A stretch of 62,398 nt of DNA, from contig NC_068981.1 in the NCBI RefSeq assembly GCF_001194135.2, forward strand, positions 107,697,811 to 107,760,208. Direction: 5' to 3'. Shown here piece after piece: positions 38,639-50,749 of the stretch. Source of the DNA: Octopus bimaculoides (lineage: Eukaryota). The number at the start of each line of letters is the position of its first letter. Position 1 is the first letter of the stretch. The notes under the pieces are model-generated. The model saw only the letters and a program-made list of their open reading frames with translations. It was not told the DNA's origin and ran no database searches. Position numbers and translations under genes: made by a program.

Positions 38639-40902
38639 TATATATAGGCACACAAACATATTCATATATGCTTTATGCTATTGTTGTTCAACTAAGATGT
38701 TGGAGAATACTTTGTTTACATTTTAAACAAAACAAACCAAGGAAATACGGGAGTACATGATACAGAAAAAAATATGCGAGAAGCCAATATTTTTGTCGCA
38801 CTACAATAATGACCTCTATTATATGAGTCATCTACAGAACTCGCAATTCACATTAATCAGCTTTCACTAGATAGTACTTGTTAAACTTTGAGATAGTTTT
38901 GAATCTAAGCACATCATGTCTTCCTTATGTGTTTTGATTCGACATTATTACGAAATCTCTTTCTTGATTATTATTTGTACAATGTCAACAAACTGTACAC
39001 TATAAACAGTTCAGTTATCGTGAAGAGGGAAGCTGATGTTTTTGTAGCATTGCTCTTCATCTGAGGGTGGGATACAGAGAGGGTAGTGTTGTTACTTTGG
39101 TTTTGCTCATAATTAAAGTGACAGCCTCTTTCTTCTCTACTAATGGCGAAAGGCAAGAACCAGGAACGTTGGCTCTTTACTTCGTAACTGATGGAGGCTG
39201 TTCATCAGTCAACACCATGGGTATCACATCAGTTCCGCTACCATATAGACACTGGTGTACATATTATCTGCACGGGGTGTACACACAAGTTCCATTAGTC
39301 GCGAGGTCAAAGTCCGCACTCTTGACGTTAAGTCCCTTTGTTAGTTAGCATGGCTTTTATAATATGTCAGCCTGGGTCATATTCTATCCTTTCTTCAACA
39401 GTGATTCTCTAAGTAGATCTTTAGGAAAGGAGCAAACGCTACATAAATATCTTTCAAGAATTTGGTTCAACTGCCGTTCTATCTGACAAGTTGATTTCTT
39501 GCTTTGAGCAGTGTGTGTCATATGTATGACCAAGGAGAGCCCAGTATAATGTTTCAACATTACACACAAGTAGAAGCATCACAATCTCTAAACAAAGACT
39601 CCCTAATGAATCTCATAAAATTGTCTGACGCAGGCTTCCTCCACTTCTGGGTGACTTTGTGGAACTCACCAACTGCAGTTGCAAAAGTAGTTGCAGATAT
39701 GAGCCAAATTTGAAAGTACAAACATCTTTACAGGGATCATGCATGCTGCAGTGACACTGAAATGCAATGCATAGAGTTATGCACCCAATTGCTAGAATGT
39801 AGAAGATGAAACTGTTGTATCTGATGATAAAGGATCTTGTCTTTATAGTATTTAAATGCAAGGACTAAACTTAACACATCTGAAAACAAAATATATAAAA
39901 AAAGGCGCCATTTGTCCATGTCAATCATTTTGAAATATTGCTCCTGGTTATTAGATATGAAATGAACAAAGCTTTTCATACGAAAGGCTTTTCATACTTT
40001 CTCTTCAGCAGTAACTAGAATAGTTAAAATTAAAAAGAAAAAAATAATAATCTGGGGCCTTTTTTTCATTTCATGTGTTTTGTAAGACTTGTATAATGTT
40101 TATTAGAACTCTGTAAGGCAGTTAGTAAAACCTTATATCACAATTCTAATTTCTTAATGACTGTGAACATCACAAAATTTGTTTGGTAGCACCGTTCTAT
40201 TACATGAGCTTTCATGAATAACTTAAAATAATGAATAAAAAAAGAAAAGATTAAAAGCACCCCTTTACTATTTATAAAAATAACTACATTTTGAAAAGTA
40301 CCCCTTTATTGTTTCAAAAACTATGAAATTGGCAAAATGTTATTGCACCAATGAATATTTATTGTATCATCATTTAACATGGGTTTTCATCAACCATACG
40401 ACAAAAAACAATTCGTAAATATTCTCTGCATGTTGCTTCGGAAGCTTAGTTACCAATCCCTCATACATTAATTATCATAAATTATCCAATTGACCTGAGA
40501 AGTTCAACATTATATTTACGTATTGTTGATATACTATATTTTAATAAGCATTTTCGTCAACGACATATTAGAAAATTGTTGAGTACATTTGTTTTGCGGG
40601 ACGATGAAATTATTGGTGAGGAATGTATACACCCATCCAGTATATAAGAATTTTAGTTTGCCGCACATCGGCTGCGCGAAGATCTGAAATTAAGCATATA
40701 TGAGTTGCATCCCAGAAGGCATGAGACTTTTTTTTTTAGGAGAGACAGTTATAACTGTCCTAGATTATTGTAATTTCAGTATGTCATTCCTGTACATATA
40801 ATAAGCTGACCTGCCGACTTTTCGAAAAAACGAAATCTAACGAGATTCTAAAGATTTAATAATAGTTATGTATGTGTTTTTTCGTGTTTTGTTCGAATGG
40901 TA

Positions 40903-40988
40903 ACCACTCCTGAAGAAGTGCCAAATGTCTAAATCCAATGGACCATTCACTGGATAAGTTTGGCACGGAAATGTTAACATAGAGTGGT
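40903..40988 (+). ncRNA. Complete type I hammerhead ribozyme (Penelope-type, palindromic stem III)
   Basis: Stem I ACCACUC/GAGUGGU (7 bp), CUGAAGA at 40910-16, stem II GUGCCAAA/UUUGGCAC (8 bp), GAAA at 40968-71, stem III AUGUUAACAU (perfect palindrome), AUA site with predicted cleavage after 40981. AATAAA follows at about 40990. Confidence 0.82.
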
Positions 40989-42451
40989 GAATAAATCGAT
41001 ATATCGAATTTGAAGTCTCTGTCTCTTTTGAATATGAAAATTTAAAAGTTTAAAAACCTTATAATATAAATATAAACTGTGAGAACGACCCTTAAGGAAT
41101 CTAGTTAATGATCTCCTAAGGTAAGTTCTTATGCTATATTGGTAACGGTTGCTACATCCTCTGGGAAAATTATTATATATATATATATATATATATGCAT
41201 GTATATGTGTATATATATTCGTGTGTGTGCTTGTATGTATCTATATGTGTGTGTCCTCTTGAGTTCACATAAATGTATGTGGGTGCGATCATTGACACCA
41301 AGTATACAGCCTCCTACTCCCACAGTCTACCTTATGACTTTAGGAGAATTTTTATTGCTTTATTGCTTCTTTAACAATATATCGCAACATATGTGTGAGT
41401 GTTTTTTTGTCATATGTTACAGTGTATGTGTGACATAGATAGAATTTTAACACAGGATTATGTTCATGTTTGATATTTTTATTAAGAATTATTTTTTCAT
41501 ATTTTCTTATTGGACCCAAATAATTGGTTTGGAATAACATTCGTAAATCCCTAATTCTGACGTTTCGAAGTTTTTACAATCTCATTTTAAACAATCTATT
41601 GTAATGACATGTTGTTCGCGCGTTGTTAATAATTTTATAACTGTTTAAATCATCAACGCCGGATTCAAAATTATATAACAATAAATATTTGTCGATATCA
41701 TGGTATCACAATATATATTTACGTGCAAGCACTTAGGTATATAATTTAGGTTTGTATTTTGCGGTTTGTAAATCTTTACTGGTTATTATTTTTATTTTTG
41801 TGGAATTCTATGTAAAGTTGTTATTCTGAGATTATTTTCAAGCCCGTTTGCCGTTAACCCAGAACGCATGAACATAACGCCATTACAACAGTGTATGCTG
41901 AAAATGAAATTGTGAAAATTGTGAAACGTGAGACTGATGGATTTAAGATCGTTACTGTCCCAAACCTAGCAGAAAGAACTAATACAGAAATAGGAATGTC
42001 TTTAATAAAACAAATCAAACATCAATATAGTTGTGCTTCTAATATACATCGTTGCTATTATGCAAAAGTGTGGTAAGTCAAAAAAGTTGCTTTTTTAGAA
42101 AACAGTTTCACCATTCCATTTCTTTTTACACTAGCAACAGTTTCGGCTTAGCAATAATTCTTTGGTGGTTGTATAAAATCGTAACTCCATGCATCTATGA
42201 TATTTTCAGTCAGAAATATTTTCGCAAAACTGTCGTATGTGGGACTTACTACACTTTTGAAAAATGCTAAGCCGTTGTACTATACGGTTTTCATATCTTG
42301 GCATCTGAAGCAGCTGGAGATAAGATAGTTTAACCAAATGAATCGGCTATTGCAAGCGATGAAATATTGAAGAAAACGCATTTGGCCAAATTGGGACATA
42401 CGACAGTTGAACATAATAGTAACGATATATTTCAAAGAAATACGGGTTCGC

Positions 42452-42454
<3 letters not shown>

Positions 42455-42508
<54 letters not shown>
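42455..42508. repeat. (CT)n microsatellite
   Basis: Direct reading. Confidence 0.95.
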
Positions 42509-42522
<14 letters not shown>

Positions 42523-42880
42523 ACATGCATATATATATACACATACATATATATATGTATATACATTCACGTATACTCTCACACACTCATATATATGCAT
42601 ACACACACGCGTGCGCGCGTACACACACATATGAGTGTTTGTGCATGTTTGTGCATGTGTTAAACAACGTGCCTTGAGATCAGATGTAGAATTAGATGTC
42701 CTTTAAATATAGTGTCATAAAAACAGAATCATTTATACTTATTGGTCACTGTCATTACAACATCAGGAGTGTGCGTTGCGTTGTTTGCCACTGATTATTG
42801 GAATAATTTTTAGAGAACATTATATTTTATATGAGTATATTTAATTGTAATTGTCACATGCAAAACTGCAATAGTTAAAT

Positions 42881-42921
42881 CTGATGACAATCATCCTCTA
42901 AAGTCGAGGGATTGCCGAAAA
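42881..42921 (+). ncRNA. Decayed hammerhead core
   Basis: CUGAUGA-CAAUC..CCUC/GAGG..GAUUG-CC-GAAA: extended stem II intact, stems I and III not recognisable. Confidence 0.45.
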
Positions 42922-43115
42922 CAACAACGATATGTGTCAATGTGTCTATGTTTATGTATGTGCGTACGTACACGTTTATATAAGCATGCATGAGTGTATA
43001 TATGTGTTCATGTGCATGTATGTGAGTGTCAATACAAATGTCCATTAAATATAATGTTTATCCATGTACATGCTTACAACACATTCAGTACTTTACATTT
43101 TCCTTCAGAAGTATA

Positions 43116-43117
<2 letters not shown>

Positions 43118-43201
<84 letters not shown>

Positions 43202-43205
43202 TGTG
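43118..43205. repeat. (GT)n microsatellite
   Basis: Direct reading. Confidence 0.95.
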
Positions 43206-43729
43206 TGTATCGACAAGAGTCAACAAACTCAGAACATCGATGTCTCAGATTCCCGAGAGATGGCGACAGTGAACGAACGGGTTGTTTTCACACCTTTTTA
43301 CCATAAGAGAGAATTTTTTCTGCATGGTAACTGCAGTGTATTTGCCTTTAGCAGTTGAAATATGTGACAAACATATTTCAACTAACCTAAATTGTGATTA
43401 TACGTAAACAGAAGATTGGCAAAATTATTTGCCATTATTTATTTCCCATTACTCGAGTTTTATTGCTTAATAGGAATTACAAAGGTGTACATGTACCAAA
43501 AATATGTTGTAAGACAGTTATAAGAAATTCACCCGACAGAGAATGAGAACTATATATATATGTATCTGTTCCTACACTTTTCTGACATGGTTTGTTTTCT
43601 TCCTCATTCGTNNNNNNNNNNNNNNNNNNNNNNNNNNNNNNNNNNNNNNNNNNNNNNNNNNNNNNNNNNNNNNNNNNNNNNNNNNNNNNNNNNNNNNNNN
43701 NNNNNNNNNNNNNNNNNNNNNNNNNNNNN

Positions 43730-44520
43730 TAATCACTCACAATTACAGCGCGCATACACACATGTGCACACACACATCCGGAAACTACATAAACCATACC
43801 CACATATATACATACACACACACAACGCATACTCAGTACCAACATACACAAAACACACATGCACACACATACACACCACACGGACACACACAGAACCACT
43901 GATAAATACAACACACACATACACACTCACACATACACACACACACATACATATGCACCCTCACACGCACATACGGTTGCTCACTTACACACACACACCA
44001 CAAGGACAATTCAAACAATACAAACATACTCAGACAGACACACACACACACACACACTCGTACACGAACATAACATCCCCACCAACACAAAACACACAAA
44101 CATACACACGCACACACACAGAAGCACACATACATATGCACTCTCACACATACACCACAAGGACAATTAAAACAACATACACATACTCAGACAGACACAC
44201 GCACACATTCTCACGTACACATACATAACATCCCCACCAACACAAAACACACAAACATACATACACACGCATCCACAGACGTACACATACACACACGCGA
44301 ACAAACACATACACACACAACACTCTAACAAATATTAATCACACACATAGACACACACACAAACGTGCACACATATGCACACACCATCCTACCAAATATA
44401 AAACACACACAGACCCATATACACACGCCACAATAAACTCTGAGACCAATCAAAAACGGCCCACACACACAAACACAAGCACATATATATACACACACAC
44501 ACCCATACACAGACGTTCTC
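43730..44520. repeat. Degenerate CA-rich minisatellite with ~157-183-bp higher-order duplications
   Basis: accacaaggacaatt at 43997 and 44154; tacatatgca at 43948 and 44131. Confidence 0.85.
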
Positions 44521-44932
44521 AGAGACATTCTGACCTCTAAGACCAGTCCCCCAAACCACTGAGCCATGACAGACTAGCCCAGAAACAAAAAAATCCTTTT
44601 AATTCTACATTGCTCTTCCTTCCCCCCACCCCAACCAGCCTCCCACACTGTCCCTTAAAATAGCAAACATTCCCTAGCTACACACAAGAGAGAAAACATG
44701 TTAAAAAGATGGGTCAGTTCCTCTCCAATTTTTTGTAAATTCTTAAATATATCTCCTTCTGGGTATATACTGTATATACTACCAAACACTTTTGTTGAAT
44801 ACTCTCTATTAAACTGTTTTTAACATTTTCTTATTATTATCAAAGAATATATATATGTATTTTAATACTTGAACTGTTTTTAGCATTTTCTTATTATTAT
44901 CAAAAAATATATATATGCATTTTATATAATAT

Positions 44933-45765
44933 TACAAATAATATGTGAGTATATGCATATATACGTACATGTATGTACATACCTACATCTACATGTATAT
45001 ATAGATGCATATCTGGGTACAGGACGTCACAAAAAAAAACGTGAACAAAATGAAAAACAAGAATATAAACAAAGCACGGAAAACAAACTTTTTTTCGGAC
45101 AACGGTAGGAACACACAGGAAAACAGACAGGCCGCATAGAGAACATTTCCTCCATCAGCTGCCCCTATTCTAAACTAAGCGTTTCGAAGAGTTAGGGCAG
45201 GACGCATTGTTAGAATAGCTCTTCCCGCAAAGCAAATTAAAATAAAATTTGTGATGCGGAGGAATTAAGTGACAAACAGAAAACACAGGGAAAACGAAAC
45301 AGTGAGAATAAACATGGCGGGCTGTTAGGCCAGACGAGTAAAAATATATACTGAACGCTGTGATTTGACGAACTGAGGGGAAGAGAAAAAAGTTCGTGCT
45401 AGCTTGACAGTAGCCAAGAGGGGAAAGGAAAGTAATAGCCGCTGGTCACATGTGATCAACGTGGGGTAAGGAGAAAGAGTGGTAGAGAGAGAAAAAAAGG
45501 GGAGGAAGTTGAACATAGGTGAGCAACAAGAGACAGGGAGGAAGAGAGAGAGATATAGTAGTGAAGGGGAGAGGCGAAGAACAACAGAAGGAAGAACGAG
45601 AGGGGGAGAAAGATACAAAGATAGATAGAGTGCGCGTCAGAAATATAAAGTTAAAACTTACTTGCAAAAAGGACGCGTGCGTTCGATCATATAATAATAC
45701 AAATAATATGTGAGTATATGCATATATACGTACATGTATGTACATACCTACATCTACATGTATAT
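44933..45765 (-). mobile_element. Probable Penelope-type terminal repeat unit (765-bp period) carrying a scrambled HHR
   Basis: Identical 68-bp direct repeats at 44933-45000 and 45698-45765, the second ending at a gap. The ggtacaggacgtcac segment is also present at about 137-152. HHR modules at 45152-45224. Confidence 0.5.
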
Positions 45766-46638
45766 NNNNNNNNNNNNNNNNNNNNNNNNNNNNNNNNNNN
45801 NNNNNNNNNNNNNNNNNNNNNNNNNNNNNNNNNNNNNNNNNNNNNNNNNNNNNNNNNNNNNNNNNNNNNNNNNNNNNNNNNNNNNNNNNNNNNNNNNNNN
45901 NNNNNNNNNNNNNNNNNNNNNNNNNNNNNNNNNNNNNNNNNNNNNNNNNNNNNNNNNNNNNNNNNNNNNNNNNNNNNNNNNNNNNNNNNNNNNNNNNNNN
46001 NNNNNNNNNNNNNNNNNNNNNNNNNNNNNNNNNNNNNNNNNNNNNNNNNNNNNNNNNNNNNNNNNNNNNNNNNNNNNNNNNNNNNNNNNNNNNNNNNNNN
46101 NNNNNNNNNNNNNNNNNNNNNNNNNNNNNNNNNNNNNNNNNNNNNNNNNNNNNNNNNNNNNNNNNNNNNNNNNNNNNNNNNNNNNNNNNNNNNNNNNNNN
46201 NNNNNNNNNNNNNNNNNNNNNNNNNNNNNNNNNNNNNNNNNNNNNNNNNNNNNNNNNNNNNNNNNNNNNNNNNNNNNNNNNNNNNNNNNNNNNNNNNNNN
46301 NNNNNNNNNNNNNNNNNNNNNNNNNNNNNNNNNNNNNNNNNNNNNNNNNNNNNNNNNNNNNNNNNNNNNNNNNNNNNNNNNNNNNNNNNNNNNNNNNNNN
46401 NNNNNNNNNNNNNNNNNNNNNNNNNNNNNNNNNNNNNNNNNNNNNNNNNNNNNNNNNNNNNNNNNNNNNNNNNNNNNNNNNNNNNNNNNNNNNNNNNNNN
46501 NNNNNNNNNNNNNNNNNNNNNNNNNNNNNNNNNNNNNNNNNNNNNNNNNNNNNNNNNNNNNNNNNNNNNNNNNNNNNNNNNNNNNNNNNNNNNNNNNNNN
46601 NNNNNNNNNNNNNNNNNNNNNNNNNNNNNNNNNNNNNN

Positions 46639-46673
<35 letters not shown>

Positions 46674-47322
46674 TTATTTTTGCATATTTTCTCATAATGA
46701 AAAGAGTTTTCGCCGACAATTATTTAATGACTACTCCTTACTCTGAGATTATATACTTCCTTAAAATATAAACAACAAAGAAATTACATTAAACAATTAA
46801 TAGCAAATATCCTGCAATCGGTTAATTGGCATATATTAAAAGTAAAAAATAGTTATATAACTATGTAGTATTTCTGGTGCCGTATACCCTCATGAATGTA
46901 AAATATGTTTCAACACCCCCGCAGTATATAGCAAGTTGAGCATGTAATAGGTATTATACCTGTTACACACAAACACACACATACACACACACACACACTC
47001 ACGCTAGCGCGCGATCACGCAGACACATACACATAAGTATTAATACATACACATACATACACACACACACGCTAAGTCTCGTTTTCCTATTCTTTCTTTC
47101 TTGTAAGTATACGTATATGGTAAGGCGGTACACCTGTCAAGTGTAAATTAGCTGCATAACGTAGGTTGCGTCAGGGTCACAATGTTCTCTAAAGCTGAGA
47201 TTCGTATATACTGTTCTCACACGTACACAAAGCACACACGCTCGCATACACACATGTACACACACGTGTTTCTATGTATGTGCGCATATTTCTATGGGTA
47301 TGTGTGCACGCGCGCGCACACG

Positions 47323-47416
<94 letters not shown>

Positions 47417-47639
47417 GTATATGTATATTTATATATGTATCTGTGTGTGTATGTATATGTGTAACCATATATATATATATACATATATATATTATATTGA
47501 TATATAAATGTATACACACACACACAAACACATATGTGTGTGTGTGTGTGTGTGTGTTGTTGTATTTGGGGATGGTCATATTGCCAGTTTAGCCAATAAA
47601 AAATTTTGCAAAACAAATATATATATATATATATATAAG

Positions 47640-47779
47640 AAAACAAAAAATGGAACACGAACGTAACAGGCGACAACAAAACATCCGGACATTTAGACGA
47701 TACAAAAATGCACAGGAAAAAACAAGGACGGGTCATTCGGAGCTTCTTATGCTCAGTCGAGTTCCAGATTATCTCACTA

Positions 47780-47785
<6 letters not shown>
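47640..47785 (-). mobile_element. Remnant of a related A-rich terminal repeat family
   Basis: Composition and layout like 45010-45160. Minus strand has aatctgg-aa-ctcga-CTGAGCA, a degenerate HHR core half. Truncated by (TA)n and a gap. Confidence 0.4.
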
Positions 47786-47810
<25 letters not shown>

Positions 47811-48229
47811 NNNNNNNNNNNNNNNNNNNNNNNNNNNNNNNNNNNNNNNNNNNNNNNNNNNNNNNNNNNNNNNNNNNNNNNNNNNNNNNNNNNNNNNNNN
47901 NNNNNNNNNNNNNNNNNNNNNNNNNNNNNNNNNNNNNNNNNNNNNNNNNNNNNNNNNNNNNNNNNNNNNNNNNNNNNNNNNNNNNNNNNNNNNNNNNNNN
48001 NNNNNNNNNNNNNNNNNNNNNNNNNNNNNNNNNNNNNNNNNNNNNNNNNNNNNNNNNNNNNNNNNNNNNNNNNNNNNNNNNNNNNNNNATATATATATAT
48101 ATATATATATACATATTTACACGTGTGTATGTACATACATACATGCATTTATATATATATGTGTGTGTGTGTATGTGTGTGTGTGTGTGTGAACGTGTGT
48201 ATATATGTGCGTAAATATATATTCACCAA

Positions 48230-49520
48230 ACATGGTTATGTATCCAAAATTTCATTATATTAGTTATTTCCAGTCCCAACCAAAGAAATCCACAAGTGAG
48301 CTCTTGTTTTACTTTTGGATATAACAACAATGAATTGAAACTGGCTAACTTCGTGAAATGAAGACAAACCACTTTTGTCTTTGAAAGGATGCCAATCAAT
48401 TGGGATACACATGATAAAATATTTACGTATAAAGATATCAAGACAACGTTCCACACTTTTGTTTAGTATCAGGTCAACGAAGCGTGATATTCTTTGAACT
48501 GTAGAAAATCATTTATTTCCCATTAGAAAATCTCTTTAGTTCTAGAGGTAAATCAGAAGTCCACAGGAGCCTGTGGTGTACTTCTGTACTGAGAAATAGT
48601 GATTCATTAATTTTACAAATTCACAGTTATCTAACATAAAATAAATTACTGGTTTGGTCTCTAGCCCAATTAGTTTTTTTATCTTGCTTCCACGTAGCAG
48701 CTGAAACTAGACATCTAGATGCTGCCAGTGGTTTCCCACACAATGTAGATCACTGGAAAAGCTGTCTTGCTAGAAATTTCTTCAGAGCTCCTTAGGCGGC
48801 AGCGAGTTCGTTTTCGTTGTGGAGATCGTAGACTTCTTCAGTTTTGGACTTAATGTGTACTTTTGGCTCCACTTTGTACACTTCATCAAGTGCGACTTTA
48901 ACTTAATTTGAGTTTTTTTCAGCATTCCTAATGGAGCACGTAAAATGTTTTTTGGCAACTTTCTTTAAATGTTTTCTGACCTTTGTAACCTTCTCATTGT
49001 GTCTTCTTTCTCTTCTTTGATATCAATCCCATTGCTATATCCCTGTTGGTAGTGGCTAGTGTGTCACGTACAGTTCTGCTGCAATTCTTTTTCTCAAGTT
49101 CATCCCAGAAAGCAATGAAGCTGTTATGTACTGAAAATGTAAACATCTCGGATAGGTTAGCATCACCTGCTCATTTCCTTTGTCGCTTTGTTTCATAGGA
49201 ACTCTGACTGGTACTTATCTTGCAGTAACTTACCTTCCTGTATTCAGATTCAGCTCTCAAAAGAGTTCTATGTGAGCAACTTTTTGCTATTAATCGATTT
49301 TTTTCTTGCTTCTACATGGACGACGATTTGTCCAAGGCCTAACTGTACGATTCTGAAGCCTTGCATTAGTAGCAATTAGATTGTGGTGTTTCATAAAGTC
49401 CATCATGCGTTTGCTATTTCAATTGGCGCTTTTGCAGCAAGTGAAGAGTGAATTTGTTGGTCGTAGCTGAATCGACACTAATTAAGAGAATCTTATATGC
49501 TGGGATAGAACCGGCTTTTG
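48230..49520 (-). mobile_element. Decayed RTE-like LINE (end of APE, linker, start of RT)
   Basis: NSKRMMDFMKHHNLIATN..WT..KIDY matches the APE C-terminal N.NG..L..F...N..F..TW..IDY region. Many stops. Confidence 0.6.
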
Positions 49521-50749
49521 GAGATAGTTTCCGACAAAATTCAGTAGAGTGGATGTATTTGTCAATCTGACCTCAAAATGAGTATTTTTAATGGATATCA
49601 AAAATATTTTGTGTATTTCGATAATTTTAAAAATCAACACCGTAAATTTTGTTGACAGATAGCAACATTTATGATTAATAATTTATTCCTATTAGCAAAT
49701 AAACCTATACATATGTATGTAAGTATGTATTCATATGTATGTAACGTACGTGTATATATATGTATGTGTATATATAATGCATACGTACATGCATGCATAC
49801 ATACATACTTACATATATACACAGACACACATATATATATATATTTATGTATGTTTTCTTTCTATTTTTAATTTGGAGTTAATTTTCACCTGCTACCTGC
49901 TTGGTAACAATGTTTTGAAGGCTAGCGTCTTGTTTTGTTCATTATCCTTTACATCTTAAGAAAGTATTGCAGATTTTTATAATCCCAGATATGATAATTT
50001 GTAGTGTATGAATTAAAGAGTTGTTTTCCCTTTCCAGAGCATCCGAGAATGGGTGACGAAAATATCTTCAAACTGGAAACTTAACCCCAATACTTGCTCA
50101 ACAGATCAGAATCTGATAAAGGTTCCCAAGAAACAAGTGACGATTTTTAACTGGGCGACCGCTTATGCCAATCCAAATAGTTAGTTTTGAATTCAGAATG
50201 AAAAGATCAAGAATAAATTCCTCAAGCCATTCGGTCCAAGCTTCTATGTCTCACTAAATTTATTGTACCTATTTGTCATCAAGTGAATTATATAAACAGA
50301 GAGACGATAGCTGTTAGCTATCATTCAGTCATTCATAACTTATTTTCAAAGCTATACACACTAATAATTATCAGTGTGTATAGGTCTCAAAATAACTTAT
50401 AATGAGCAATATAGCAAAGACTTATCGAATACTCACTGATACCATTATCAAAATTAAAGTTAGTATATAAGTATCTTCGACTAGGAACAAGATCCTATAA
50501 TATCTGGTAATGGACAAATGAGCTATAGAGAGACTCATAGCTTTTCCAAGACAATTCATTAACAGATTTAATGAAGTGTAATTTGTTTTCAACTAGGAAT
50601 GGAAATATCACTGTTTTCATACATTGACTCTTAACTCTTGTTCTCTGTCACCAACAATAAGACAATACAGGAAATATTCATTTCCGTTTACCAAAGAACA
50701 AAGGCTCCATATAATTTTATATGAGTTAGTCAAGCGATAGTGGGGAATG

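Noticed and set aside
50038-50190. Strong acceptor followed by a 48-codon frame
   Set aside because: No good donor, no homology, and it lies among LINE debris.
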